From: Clostridia bacterium
GTDB lineage: Bacteria > Bacillota > Clostridia > Oscillospirales > Acutalibacteraceae
Length of the DNA stretch: 32,000 nucleotides
Assembly (NCBI GenBank): GCA_017409845.1
Contig: JAFQRY010000023.1
Coordinates: 4,006-36,005 of the forward strand
Reading direction: 5' to 3'
The number at the start of each line of letters is the position of its first letter. Positions within the stretch are counted from its first letter, which is position 1. Below, piece by piece: positions 1 to 8,300 of this stretch. The translations under genes and the position numbers were made by a program. Below the pieces are notes generated by a model. It searched no databases. It was not told the origin of the DNA and worked only from the letters and a program-made list of their open reading frames with translations.

Positions 1-1
1 G

Positions 2-265
2 GACACCTACGGATTCCGAAGCCGTTCTCTTTTCAGGTTCGGGGAGCCGTATGTTTCCGACGAGTGGGTTCATATTGAAATTGACCTTACAGAGCATATC
101 AACGATGCCGTGAAACGTGCAAACGAAGATAATATTTTCGGCAGAGAAATTTCAAAAGATGAATTTTATTTCAGCGGAACAAATATTGGTTTTGAAATTC
201 ACGGCAACTATGATTGCACGGTTGAAATCAAAAATTTTAATCTGACTGCTTATAACAAATTATAA
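2..265 (+). CDS. 3-prime end of a CDS truncated by the window edge; product unknown (possibly carbohydrate-active, given the neighbour)
   Basis: Open frame from nt 2 to TAA at 263-265 (...FEIHGNYDCTVEIKNFNLTAYNKL*). It is followed by a GC hairpin. It is not in the ORF track because it has no start in the window. Confidence 0.4.
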   Translation, partial: DTYGFRSRSLFRFGEPYVSDEWVHIEIDLTEHINDAVKRANEDNIFGREISKDEFYFSGTNIGFEIHGNYDCTVEIKNFNLTAYNKL

Positions 266-313
266 AGTTAGAATAATAATCATCAAAATCGCAGTTAAAT
301 CTCCCAAAAATCT

Positions 314-334
314 CCCCCCGGCTGAGCCGGGGGG
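314..334 (+). terminator. GC-rich hairpin downstream of the truncated CDS (no clear T-tract)
   Basis: CCCCCCGGC-tga-GCCGGGGGG perfect 9-bp stem. The following sequence is tataca, so this is an atypical intrinsic terminator. Confidence 0.4.
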
Positions 335-367
335 TATACACAAAAGTCACTTGAATCAAGTGAAGGT

Positions 368-396
368 TTGATACTGAAAACACCGCATGATATGAT
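368..396 (+). promoter_or_regulatory. sigma-70-like promoter for the GH16 gene
   Basis: TTGATA (368-373), 17-nt spacer, TATGAT (391-396), about 50 nt upstream of ATG 444. A 7-bp inverted repeat TCACTTG/CAAGTGA at 347-363 lies just upstream. Confidence 0.5.
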
Positions 397-443
397 ATAG
401 TCAATTCGACCAAATAAGAATTTGTACGGAAGGATAAAAAATC

Positions 444-1496
444 ATGTTCAGAAAAAGTATGGTTTTTTTGCTTGTTTTAACCATGTTGCTCGGCTTGCCG
501 TCAGTCGCATATGCCGAAGAATGTGTTCCCGAAAAAGAAGGCTATGTGCTTGATTTCAGCACAGAATTTAATGACGGCAATTTAAATACGGAGTATTGGT
601 TACCGCAGTATCTGCCTCACTGCACTGCCAATACAGAAGGCTCCTCTGCAAGATACAAAATTGAAAACGGTTGTTTGAATCTGTATATCACAAAGGATTC
701 TCCCGATTATTTCGGCGGTCAGCCCGGCTCGGCAGACCCCGATAATCTTCTGTGGATAGCCAACGGCATTCAGACTTGGGAAAAGAATCATCTTCATCCG
801 GGCGGTGCTCAGCAGAGGGAAGTTGAGCCTTATGAAGGATACGCAACACAGTACGGCTACTTTGAGATAAGAATGAAAATGCCTGACACAGGTGGCGGCG
901 GATATGCTTCATGGTGGCTTATCGGTGCTCAAGATGATACCGACGGAACAGATTCTGTTCAGAACGGTGAAATAGATGTCTTTGAAACCTTTTTTAAATC
1001 TCCGGGAGTGTTTGAACCGAAGGTCCATGCTTGGGATGATCCCGATCTTGACGAATGGGTAAGCAGGGTTGAATTGGATGGCGACCCAAGTGACTATGTT
1101 AATGAATTCCACACCTATGCTATGGACTGGAGACCCGAAGGAATAACATTTTATGTTGACGGAAAAGAAGTGGCACAGACGATGGAATCACCGCAATACA
1201 GAATGTGTATGATTTTGTCTATATATATAAATTCTGATTTCAGCGGTTGGGATGAACCTGAAAATGAATATCCTATTGAATGGTTTATTGACTATGTCCG
1301 TGTCTATAAAGATAAAAACGGTTATGACGAGAGCAACAGACTTACAAAATTTGAGCGTTTTATAAAAGATCTTGGTGACTCGCTCACTGCATTCGGACTG
1401 CGTATTTTATCATTTTTTCAAGACCTCTGCACACAGTGCCATCAGTTCTTTGAGCATTTATTCAGTATGATACCCGCTTTGTACAGAACAACATAA
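444..1496 (+). CDS. secreted glycoside hydrolase family 16 (beta-glucanase/laminarinase-like)
   Basis: RBS GGAAGGA upstream. N-terminal signal peptide (MFRKSMVFLLVLTMLLGLPSVAYA). GH16 catalytic signature E-x-D-x-x-E present as GEIDVFE, and a typical C-terminal DYVRVY strand. Confidence 0.85.
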   Translation: MFRKSMVFLLVLTMLLGLPSVAYAEECVPEKEGYVLDFSTEFNDGNLNTEYWLPQYLPHCTANTEGSSARYKIENGCLNLYITKDSPDYFGGQPGSADPDNLLWIANGIQTWEKNHLHPGGAQQREVEPYEGYATQYGYFEIRMKMPDTGGGGYASWWLIGAQDDTDGTDSVQNGEIDVFETFFKSPGVFEPKVHAWDDPDLDEWVSRVELDGDPSDYVNEFHTYAMDWRPEGITFYVDGKEVAQTMESPQYRMCMILSIYINSDFSGWDEPENEYPIEWFIDYVRVYKDKNGYDESNRLTKFERFIKDLGDSLTAFGLRILSFFQDLCTQCHQFFEHLFSMIPALYRTT

Positions 1497-1547
1497 TCCA
1501 ATATATCGAACAGTTAGACGAATAAGAATTTGACGAGGAGAACGCAT

Positions 1548-1910
1548 ATGAAATACAAAGGAACGCTTATTGTTGTTAAAGATTGTAACCGTGCGTTAAA
1601 GTTCTATAGTGATATGTTTGGGTTTCAACTGCTTCAAGACAACGATGGGAATATGGAATTGACGAATAATGTATATTTACAGGAATCGGGATATTGGGAA
1701 CAATTCACAAAAAGAAGTGTAATTTCAAACAGTAATCAGTCTGAGTTGTATTTTGAAGAGCCCAACATAGAACAATTTGCAGAGCGTCTTGAAACACTTT
1801 ACCCTGAAATCGAATATGTCAATCACCTGATGACACACAGCTGGGGACAAAAGGTGGTCAGATTCTACGATTTGGATGGTAACTTAATTGAAGTAGGAAC
1901 ACCGGTGTAA
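1548..1910 (+). CDS. VOC/glyoxalase-bleomycin resistance family protein
   Basis: ATG 1548 is preceded by GAGGAG (1535-1540); the track ORF starts earlier at a TTG inside the RBS region. The beta-alpha-beta-beta-beta-like pattern (LIVVKDCNRALKFYSDMFGF ... VVRFYDLDGNLIEV) is typical of VOC proteins. Confidence 0.7.
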   Translation: MKYKGTLIVVKDCNRALKFYSDMFGFQLLQDNDGNMELTNNVYLQESGYWEQFTKRSVISNSNQSELYFEEPNIEQFAERLETLYPEIEYVNHLMTHSWGQKVVRFYDLDGNLIEVGTPV

Positions 1911-1973
1911 TCAACAAATTCCAATTTGTCGAGCACAAGCATTCCTAATCACATAAATATTTAAAATTAAACA

Positions 1974-2022
1974 AGGACATTACCCGGCAGTGAAAACTGC
2001 TCTGAGTAATGTCCTGTTTTTT
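1974..2022 (+). terminator. rho-independent terminator after the VOC gene
   Basis: 10-bp stem AGGACATTAC (1974-1983) / GTAATGTCCT (2006-2015), followed by GTTTTTT. Confidence 0.75.
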
Positions 2023-2102
2023 GTTCGCAAAACCGCTTGAAGCAAGGCGAAAAAGCCTGTTTTTTCAAGAATAATGTCCAAGGGGTAAAAATAACAAAAA
2101 AG

Positions 2103-2138
2103 AAAAAAACTGAAACCGTTGAATATCAACGATTTCAG
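2103..2138 (-). terminator. minus-strand terminator-like hairpin with no obvious upstream gene
   Basis: Hairpin CTGAAACCGTTGA/TCAACGATTTCAG (one mismatch) at 2110-2138. An A-run at 2103-2109 gives a T-tract on the minus strand. Confidence 0.45.
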
Positions 2139-2634
2139 CCTTCTTTAAGATGGTCCGGATTGTGAGAGTTCTTGATTACGGTGAGGGGCTTGACAGCTCC
2201 TTTGGAATATGCCTGAGTTATAAGCTCCTGCTTACCACTGACCACCATTATTATGTGTTCATTAAACTTAATTTTTGACTGTAATAATTATATCACCAAC
2301 AGTCAACTTTCTGAAAGGCAAAAGCAAAGCTTTTATATCTAAATCCATAGAATATACTATTTAGTATAGTATGAATCCAATATTTAAGATGTTCATAATG
2401 GGTTGTTATGCATTACAACTGTCAATCTGTACAGAAATTTGAGAAAGTTTTTATGATTTCACAAAACTAATAAATAAAACCACTGAAACATAGTCTCAGT
2501 GGTTTTAGATGGTACGGATGTTCATAAGGGATTTACTAAAAAACAATAACTTTCGGCAGTAACAAACATACTCTCATCCTTCCATAATGCTTTAAAGAGT
2601 TTGAATATCAATTATTCAAACGGAGGCTTGTATA

Positions 2635-2903
2635 ATGTCTAATTTTATTGAAGATTTTTACTATGGAAACATTGAACCGCAGGAATTGAATTCCGAACTG
2701 TCCAGTAAGTTAAGCAAGAAATTGAATGCACTTACAAAAAAGAAGAACAGCTCACAGCAAAACTGACCGCAGATGATAAGGAACTGTTTCTTAACTATAC
2801 AAATACATACAATGAGTTTTTGAGTTTAAGCAACTCTGACAGTTTTATATCAGGTTTCAGACTCGGTGCTAAATTCACATACGACACATTTGTTACTGAT
2901 TGA
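2635..2903 (+). pseudogene. small ICE/transposon-associated protein (paralogue of 14066..14326), frameshifted in an A6 run
   Basis: GGAGG RBS at 2622-2626 and ATG at 2635. The MSNFIEDFYYGNIEPQ... frame stops at 2764-2766. Homology to the 14066 protein resumes in another frame (KEEQLTAKLTADDKELFLNYTNTYNEFLSLSNSDSFISGFRLGAKFTYDTFVTD*, stop 2901-2903). The frame switch maps to the A-run at 2736-2741, which appears one A short. Confidence 0.7.
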
Positions 2904-2917
2904 AAGGAGTTATTGTT

Positions 2918-3296
2918 ATGAATAAATCATCATTTGAACAGAGCGGCGGCACTTACAGAACAGTCGGCGATTACATAATCCCTAACATCGCATTACCTGC
3001 CGAAGCAAGAAAGCCTATCGGTGTATGGGGACTGAAACGCAAGGATTATCTTATTAAACATAAACGAGTTCAGTTCAACATAATGCTTATGACCGGAACA
3101 TTGTGGACTCATCTTGCAGAGATTGATGAACAGGCATCAGATATGTTCTCTCGGCTGGTAGAACAGATGAAATTTGCCGAGGGCATCACGGAACAGTTCA
3201 AAGAAGAAAAAACAAATGGAGTGGGTTGCCAGTATGAATAATATAGAAGCAAGGGCAAGGGAGATTGTTAATCACGAGCTGATTTTCGCGGCATAA
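2918..3296 (+). pseudogene. tnpV: TnpV-like transposon protein, frameshifted in an A6 run
   Basis: AAGGAG RBS at 2904-2909 and ATG at 2918. The N-terminus (SFEQSGGTYRTVGDYIIPNI...GVWGLKRKDYLIKHK...THLAEIDEQA) resembles Tn4451-type TnpV from memory. The frame stops at 3239-3241. The expected TnpV C-terminus (QMEWVASMNNIEARAREIVNHELIFAA*) is in another frame ending at 3294-3296. The switch is at the A-run 3207-3212, which appears to have one A extra. Confidence 0.7.
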
Positions 3297-3316
3297 ATAC
3301 ATCTTGAAATTAAAAT

Positions 3317-3354
3317 CAGGTGCAACGGGATATACTTCTGCTGCACCTGTTTTT
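3317..3354 (+). terminator. rho-independent terminator after the tnpV remnant
   Basis: CAGGTGCA...TGCACCTG stem (3317-3349) followed by TTTTT. Confidence 0.7.
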
Positions 3355-3491
3355 ATCTTTTTATCTAAATATTTTCTGCGGGTTGTAAAGGGTGCCCCCT
3401 TTTATTGCGGATTTGAGGGGACAAATCTGTTGCTTAACAAGGCGAATGCCTAGGATAGTTACAGTGCTTATAACAAATTGAAATAAAATAC

Positions 3492-3520
3492 TTGCATTGT
3501 GCGCAAGGACGCATTATAAT
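3492..3520 (+). promoter_or_regulatory. near-consensus sigma-70 promoter for the LuxR-type regulator, embedded in nested inverted repeats
   Basis: TTGCAT (3492-3497), 17-nt spacer, TATAAT (3515-3520). A 10-bp inverted repeat GCATTGTGCG / CGCACAATGC brackets the promoter (about 3494-3503 and 3546-3555). A second imperfect inverted repeat (ACGCATTATAA / ATATTATGCGT) surrounds the -10. Confidence 0.6.
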
Positions 3521-3568
3521 GAAATCGGATATTATGCGTAATAACGCACAATGCGTGAGGTGGCAGGT

Positions 3569-4813
3569 ATGAAAACAGATATGTTAACCGTTCAGCAAAC
3601 GGCAGAAAAGTGGAATATGTCGGTCAGGGGTGTACAAAATCTTTGCAAGCTCGGCAAAATAACGGGCGCAGTACGCTTCGGAGCGAGCTGGATGATTCCC
3701 GCCGATGCACAAAGACCTGCCGACAAAAGACGCAAAGAAGTAAAAGAAAATGAAGCGGAGCCCCGTCCTCTAATCCGTAAAAGCCCTTTTCTTGATATGA
3801 CCGATTTATATAATACTCCCGGAACTGCGGATGAATGCATAGAGGCTCTTTCTTTTCATCCCGAAGCGCAAGCGCTTTTTGCCGCTGAAATCGCATACAG
3901 CCGTGGTGAAATAGACAAGGTTTATGACTATGCAAACTACTTTCTTGAAAATCACAGCGGATTTTATGCCGTTGTTTCGGGCGGCATGCTGCTTGCTCTT
4001 TGTGCAATGTGGAAGGGCGATTTGCAGATGTGGCATAAGGCGAAAAACCATCTTTACGAAGCACCCTGCAAGGATGATACAGACCGTGATATTGTCACGC
4101 TTTCCGTTGCCGCAACGGACAGTGCAATCCGTGAAACAAGGGATTTTCCGGATTGGTTTAAACGGGGTTGTTTTAATAATCTGCCGCACGATGCACACCC
4201 TGCCGCAAGAGTATATTATGTAAAACATCTTTTGGTTAATGCACAAGAGCTTGCACTCGGAAACATTAAATTCGATGACATAAACGGTTTGGGTCTTATG
4301 AAAACCTTGCCCTACATAATGGAGCCTATGATTACGCAGATGGTTACGGATAAAATTGTTATTGCCGAAATATATCTTCGCCTGCTTTGCGGAATTGCTT
4401 ACCATCAATCCGGCGACGACAAAAGAGCTGCATTACATATTGATAAAGCCATCGCACTTGCTCTGCCCGATAAGCTTTACGGACCTCTTGTTGAGCATCG
4501 CAGACAGCTTGGTTTGTTTCTTGACGAAAGGCTTGCATTGGCAGATGCTGAGGCTCTCAAAAAAGTCAAAGAGCTTCACAAACAGCTTCACATAGGCTGG
4601 ACAAAGCTTCATAACGCCGTGCTCAAAAACAATGTTTCCGCATCGCTTACGGTGCGTGAGCGTGAGATTGCCCGCCTTGCGGCGTTCGGTCTTTCAAATG
4701 CGGAAATTGCAAAACAGCTTTCGCTTTCCGCACACACGGTAAATGCGCTCATTATTCAGGCGAAGAATAAGACCGGTGCAAAAAACCGCCTTGATTTGGG
4801 AGCATACATCTGA
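3569..4813 (+). CDS. transcriptional regulator: N-terminal MerR/excisionase-type HTH, helical (TPR-like) middle, C-terminal LuxR/FixJ-type HTH
   Basis: ATG 3569 follows GAGGTGG. N-terminus TAEKWNMSVRGVQNLCKLGKITGAV. C-terminus LTVREREIARLAAFGLSNAEIAKQLSLSAHTVNALIIQAKNKTGAKNR is a classic LuxR-type HTH. Confidence 0.8.
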   Translation: MKTDMLTVQQTAEKWNMSVRGVQNLCKLGKITGAVRFGASWMIPADAQRPADKRRKEVKENEAEPRPLIRKSPFLDMTDLYNTPGTADECIEALSFHPEAQALFAAEIAYSRGEIDKVYDYANYFLENHSGFYAVVSGGMLLALCAMWKGDLQMWHKAKNHLYEAPCKDDTDRDIVTLSVAATDSAIRETRDFPDWFKRGCFNNLPHDAHPAARVYYVKHLLVNAQELALGNIKFDDINGLGLMKTLPYIMEPMITQMVTDKIVIAEIYLRLLCGIAYHQSGDDKRAALHIDKAIALALPDKLYGPLVEHRRQLGLFLDERLALADAEALKKVKELHKQLHIGWTKLHNAVLKNNVSASLTVREREIARLAAFGLSNAEIAKQLSLSAHTVNALIIQAKNKTGAKNRLDLGAYI

Positions 4814-4929
4814 AAAAATATAGCTCAAAAATCGGTTAAAAATAGCGATGTTTTTTCAAAAAAATTCCTCTATACTGTTGTCATGGCAGTACGGAGGAAT
4901 TTTTTGTTCCTCAGAAAAGAGGTGATGCA

Positions 4930-5253
4930 ATGCACAAAGCAACCATTCCTCGTGAGGGTGATTTATACAAGGTGATTAATATTGAAAACAAAACATTTAA
5001 TATTCACTACGGATATTATGAGGAAAACGAGAGGGACAAGGTTGAGCCCTTACCCGTTTTCCCCGATTTAAAGAAAAATCCTGCCTATACGGCAGACGGA
5101 AATCCGATTGTAACGGCGATTCAGGAGCCTTGCGAATACTACATTCCGTTAAACAAGGAACGCAGCGAAGAGTGGTGCGGCGATTGCATCAGCTATCTTG
5201 ATGCAGACAAAGAAATAAGTATCTGCGGCTGCACGGAAAGAATGCTTGAGTAG
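4930..5253 (+). CDS. small hypothetical protein with a C-terminal Cys cluster (CGDC...CGC)
   Basis: AGAGGTGA RBS and a 107-aa ORF between the regulator and the large secreted protein. No family recognised. Confidence 0.55.
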   Translation: MHKATIPREGDLYKVINIENKTFNIHYGYYEENERDKVEPLPVFPDLKKNPAYTADGNPIVTAIQEPCEYYIPLNKERSEEWCGDCISYLDADKEISICGCTERMLE

Positions 5254-5307
5254 GAACATATATTAATTAAGATTCAACAAACATCAAAATAAGGAGGTTT
5301 TCACCAA

Positions 5308-8300
5308 ATGAAAACATCATTGTTCAAAAAGCTTATCGCAATAACCCTTTCATTAACTCTCATTATGTCCTGCATGATGATTGCCGCACCGCACGTTCAT
5401 GCGGCAGACAGCATTGAGTTTATAACACGTGACGGAAAAAGAGTTGGTATAAAACAAATTACCATTGACGGCAAAACCTATTATGACATCAACGGCGGCG
5501 AGTCAACGATTGACCCGTCGGAAATATCTCCCATTGAGCTCTACAAAAAGCTGGTTGTTGCCGAACATAACGGCACCTCTCTTGCAAGAGCGTGGGCTAA
5601 CATAGCAAGCCTTATTTTTGAAAGTGCGGGCAATGAGTTCGGATATAACAACAATTTAGGTTATTCTTCAAATTATGACGAGCATTATACTAATGACGGT
5701 AACAGCAGCATAGATATAAACGTTGTGGATGCCCTTTCAAAAGAGAATTCCTGGAGTTCGGGTTATGCAAAATCCACCGGATGGGCAACAACAACAACAC
5801 TTAAAGCCGTTCAGGACAGCATGGTGAACGAAATTTGTTCCGCTCTTGATCGCTCAGGCCAGAACGGCGGTGTTTCCAGAGGCGCATGTATAGAATACTG
5901 TACGGGAAGTTCGGACGGTTTTCCTCTTCTCAACAATTCGGATAGCAGAACTGTTCTTTATAATATTGCCACAACCACAGATTACAGCAGCGGTTCAAAC
6001 AAAGCTGCATTTTCATCATTCGGTCTTGTGCTCTATGATTTTGAACTTATTCCTCTTGCGGATGACGATCTTGCGTTCATCACCGCGGCAGAAGGATATG
6101 AAAGCCTTGATGCTGCTGAAGCAGACAATGCACCAGGTGTAAAATATAACAGCACCAACGGAACACCCAACACAAGTTTTATCAGCAACCCCTCCGCTTC
6201 GGACACAACCGTTTCGGCTGCTTACAGCGAAACATCTTCAACAACGGTTTCAAACTACATGGAGTCATCTGAAACATACACATTCGGTCAAAGCACCGAG
6301 GTTTCAACTGAGTTCGGAGTTTCCTTCCCCCTTGTTGCAGATGCAAAAATGAGCGTTTCTATCGGCTTCTCTGCTGAACAGGCAATTTCAACTGCTTACG
6401 GCACGGAAGAGTCACTCACAAAAGAAACAACCACCGAAACTGTTGCAGAGGTTAATCTTCCTGCACATACACAAATAGGCATCAGCCAGCAGTCTGGTCA
6501 GACAGAGGTTGAGCTTGATTATGATTGCCCTGTTTACTTTAATTATAAAGTTGCCATTTTCGGTATGAACGGCGAATTTTATGCAGACAGCGTAGCAACA
6601 GAATCCTGGAGTACAGCAGGCTATGATCAGGGCGGTATATGCATAGGCTTCGGCACCGACACAAGCACCGGCGGCATTTCGGCCATTGACAATCTCTATA
6701 ACCGCGCAATCAAATTTAAGGATATGGACGGCTTTGAAGAGTCATACGGCAACTGCGACGGATACTATGAGAAACACGATGACGGCAATGCCTCGAAACG
6801 TTTCAAAGCAATTTCCTGGAACGATATTATTGATTCAACGCAAAATAACGGTCTTGACCTTACAGGCAAGGAAAATGTTTTTTATCTCAGAAACACTCTT
6901 CCTCTTTCCGCATCGGGCGGAACAATGTCATTCGTATCAACCAGCATGAACACCGATATTACCGGCATCGTTCCCCTCTACAATCTTGACTTTGTCCAGC
7001 TTGAGGGCGACGGAGTTTACAGTATTGCTCCCGGCGGCACGGTTGACTTCGGCAAAATTGCAACAGCAGGCTTTAATAAGCACAATGTTCCCTTCTACGG
7101 CTACATCAGCGATGGCGGCGAATGGGTTCTTTGCAATGCAGACGGAACGCAGACAGACTCCGTTGACGGCGGCTCACTTGATGATGTTTCAAACTATCAG
7201 GTATTCACCGGCACAAAGCCCGGCACCTACTATGCAAAATTCCTTATCGACGAAACGCTTTATGACAAGGTAGATGCTGAAGGCAAAATCAAGAATTCCA
7301 ACCTTTCATCAACTCCTATGGTCAGAATCAACGTAACCGAAACGGGTCACGACCATATCTGTGCAGAAGGTCCCTGGCAAACAACAGTTGCTCCCACTTG
7401 CACCGCAGAAGGTGAGCAGCACGCGAACTGCGTAACCTGCGGCAGAGTAATGTATACACAGCCGGTCGCAAAGCTCGACCATGTTCCCGTAACAATCACA
7501 ACTCCCGCCACCTGCACAAGTGAAGGCAGCATTAAAAATATTTGCGGCGTTTGCCTCGGTCTTATATCCTCCGAAACAACCGAAAAGCTTGAGCATGACG
7601 AAGGTGTATGGAAGATTGATTTTGAGGCAACGGCAGACCATCACGGTCAGATGAGCCGTTACTGCACAATGTGTGATACCGCACTTGAAAGCAGGGAATT
7701 TGACCTTCATACCCATCAGTTCGGATATGAAAGCATACTGCGTGAACCAACCTGCGTTGCTAACGGCGAAAAAGGACTGTTCTGCTCAATATGCAACGTA
7801 ATGTATGCAACAGAGCAGATTGAAAAGAGTGGTCACGGTGCAATCACAAGTATCATCGGCAAGGAAGCTGATTGTACACACGACGGCGAATCGCATCTGT
7901 ACTGCACAGATTGCGGAGAGCTTGTAGGCTCAAACACAATTCCTGCTCACGGTCATACAGCAGGTGCATGGGAAACCGTGATAGAGGCATCGTGCGATGT
8001 TAACGGTGAAAAGCATCAGAACTGCTCAATCTGCGGTGTGCTTCTCAACACAGATATTATTGAAGCACACGGTCATGCAGCGGCATGGATAACCGTTAAA
8101 GAAGCGGATTGTGAAACAACCGGCAGAGAAGAAAATGTCTGCACAATCTGTGATGCTGTTCTTGAAACAAGAGAAATCGCAAGAACAGAGCATATTCCCG
8201 GCAAATGGGAAATCACAAAGGATTCATCCTGCACACAGTCAGGTCTTATGCAGCAGACCTGTGCAATCTGCGGCGCACTAATAGGAGAACCCGTTGTTAT

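Noticed and set aside
2135-2248. A 37-aa minus-strand ORF (MVVSGKQELITQAYSKGAVKPLTVIKNSHNPDHLKEG) ending inside the 2110-2138 hairpin.
   Set aside because: It has no SD sequence and no recognisable family. The related motif copies (2509-2518 and 11209-11218) are not in a conserved reading frame, so the conservation is at DNA level.
3592-4595. Several long ORFs overlapping the LuxR-type regulator (3592-3840 -, 3624-4064 -, 3806-4408 -, 3924-4223 +, 4356-4595 +).
   Set aside because: They lie antisense or out of frame inside a gene with strong domain evidence. They lack RBSs and have low-complexity, Cys/Arg-rich translations typical of shadow ORFs.
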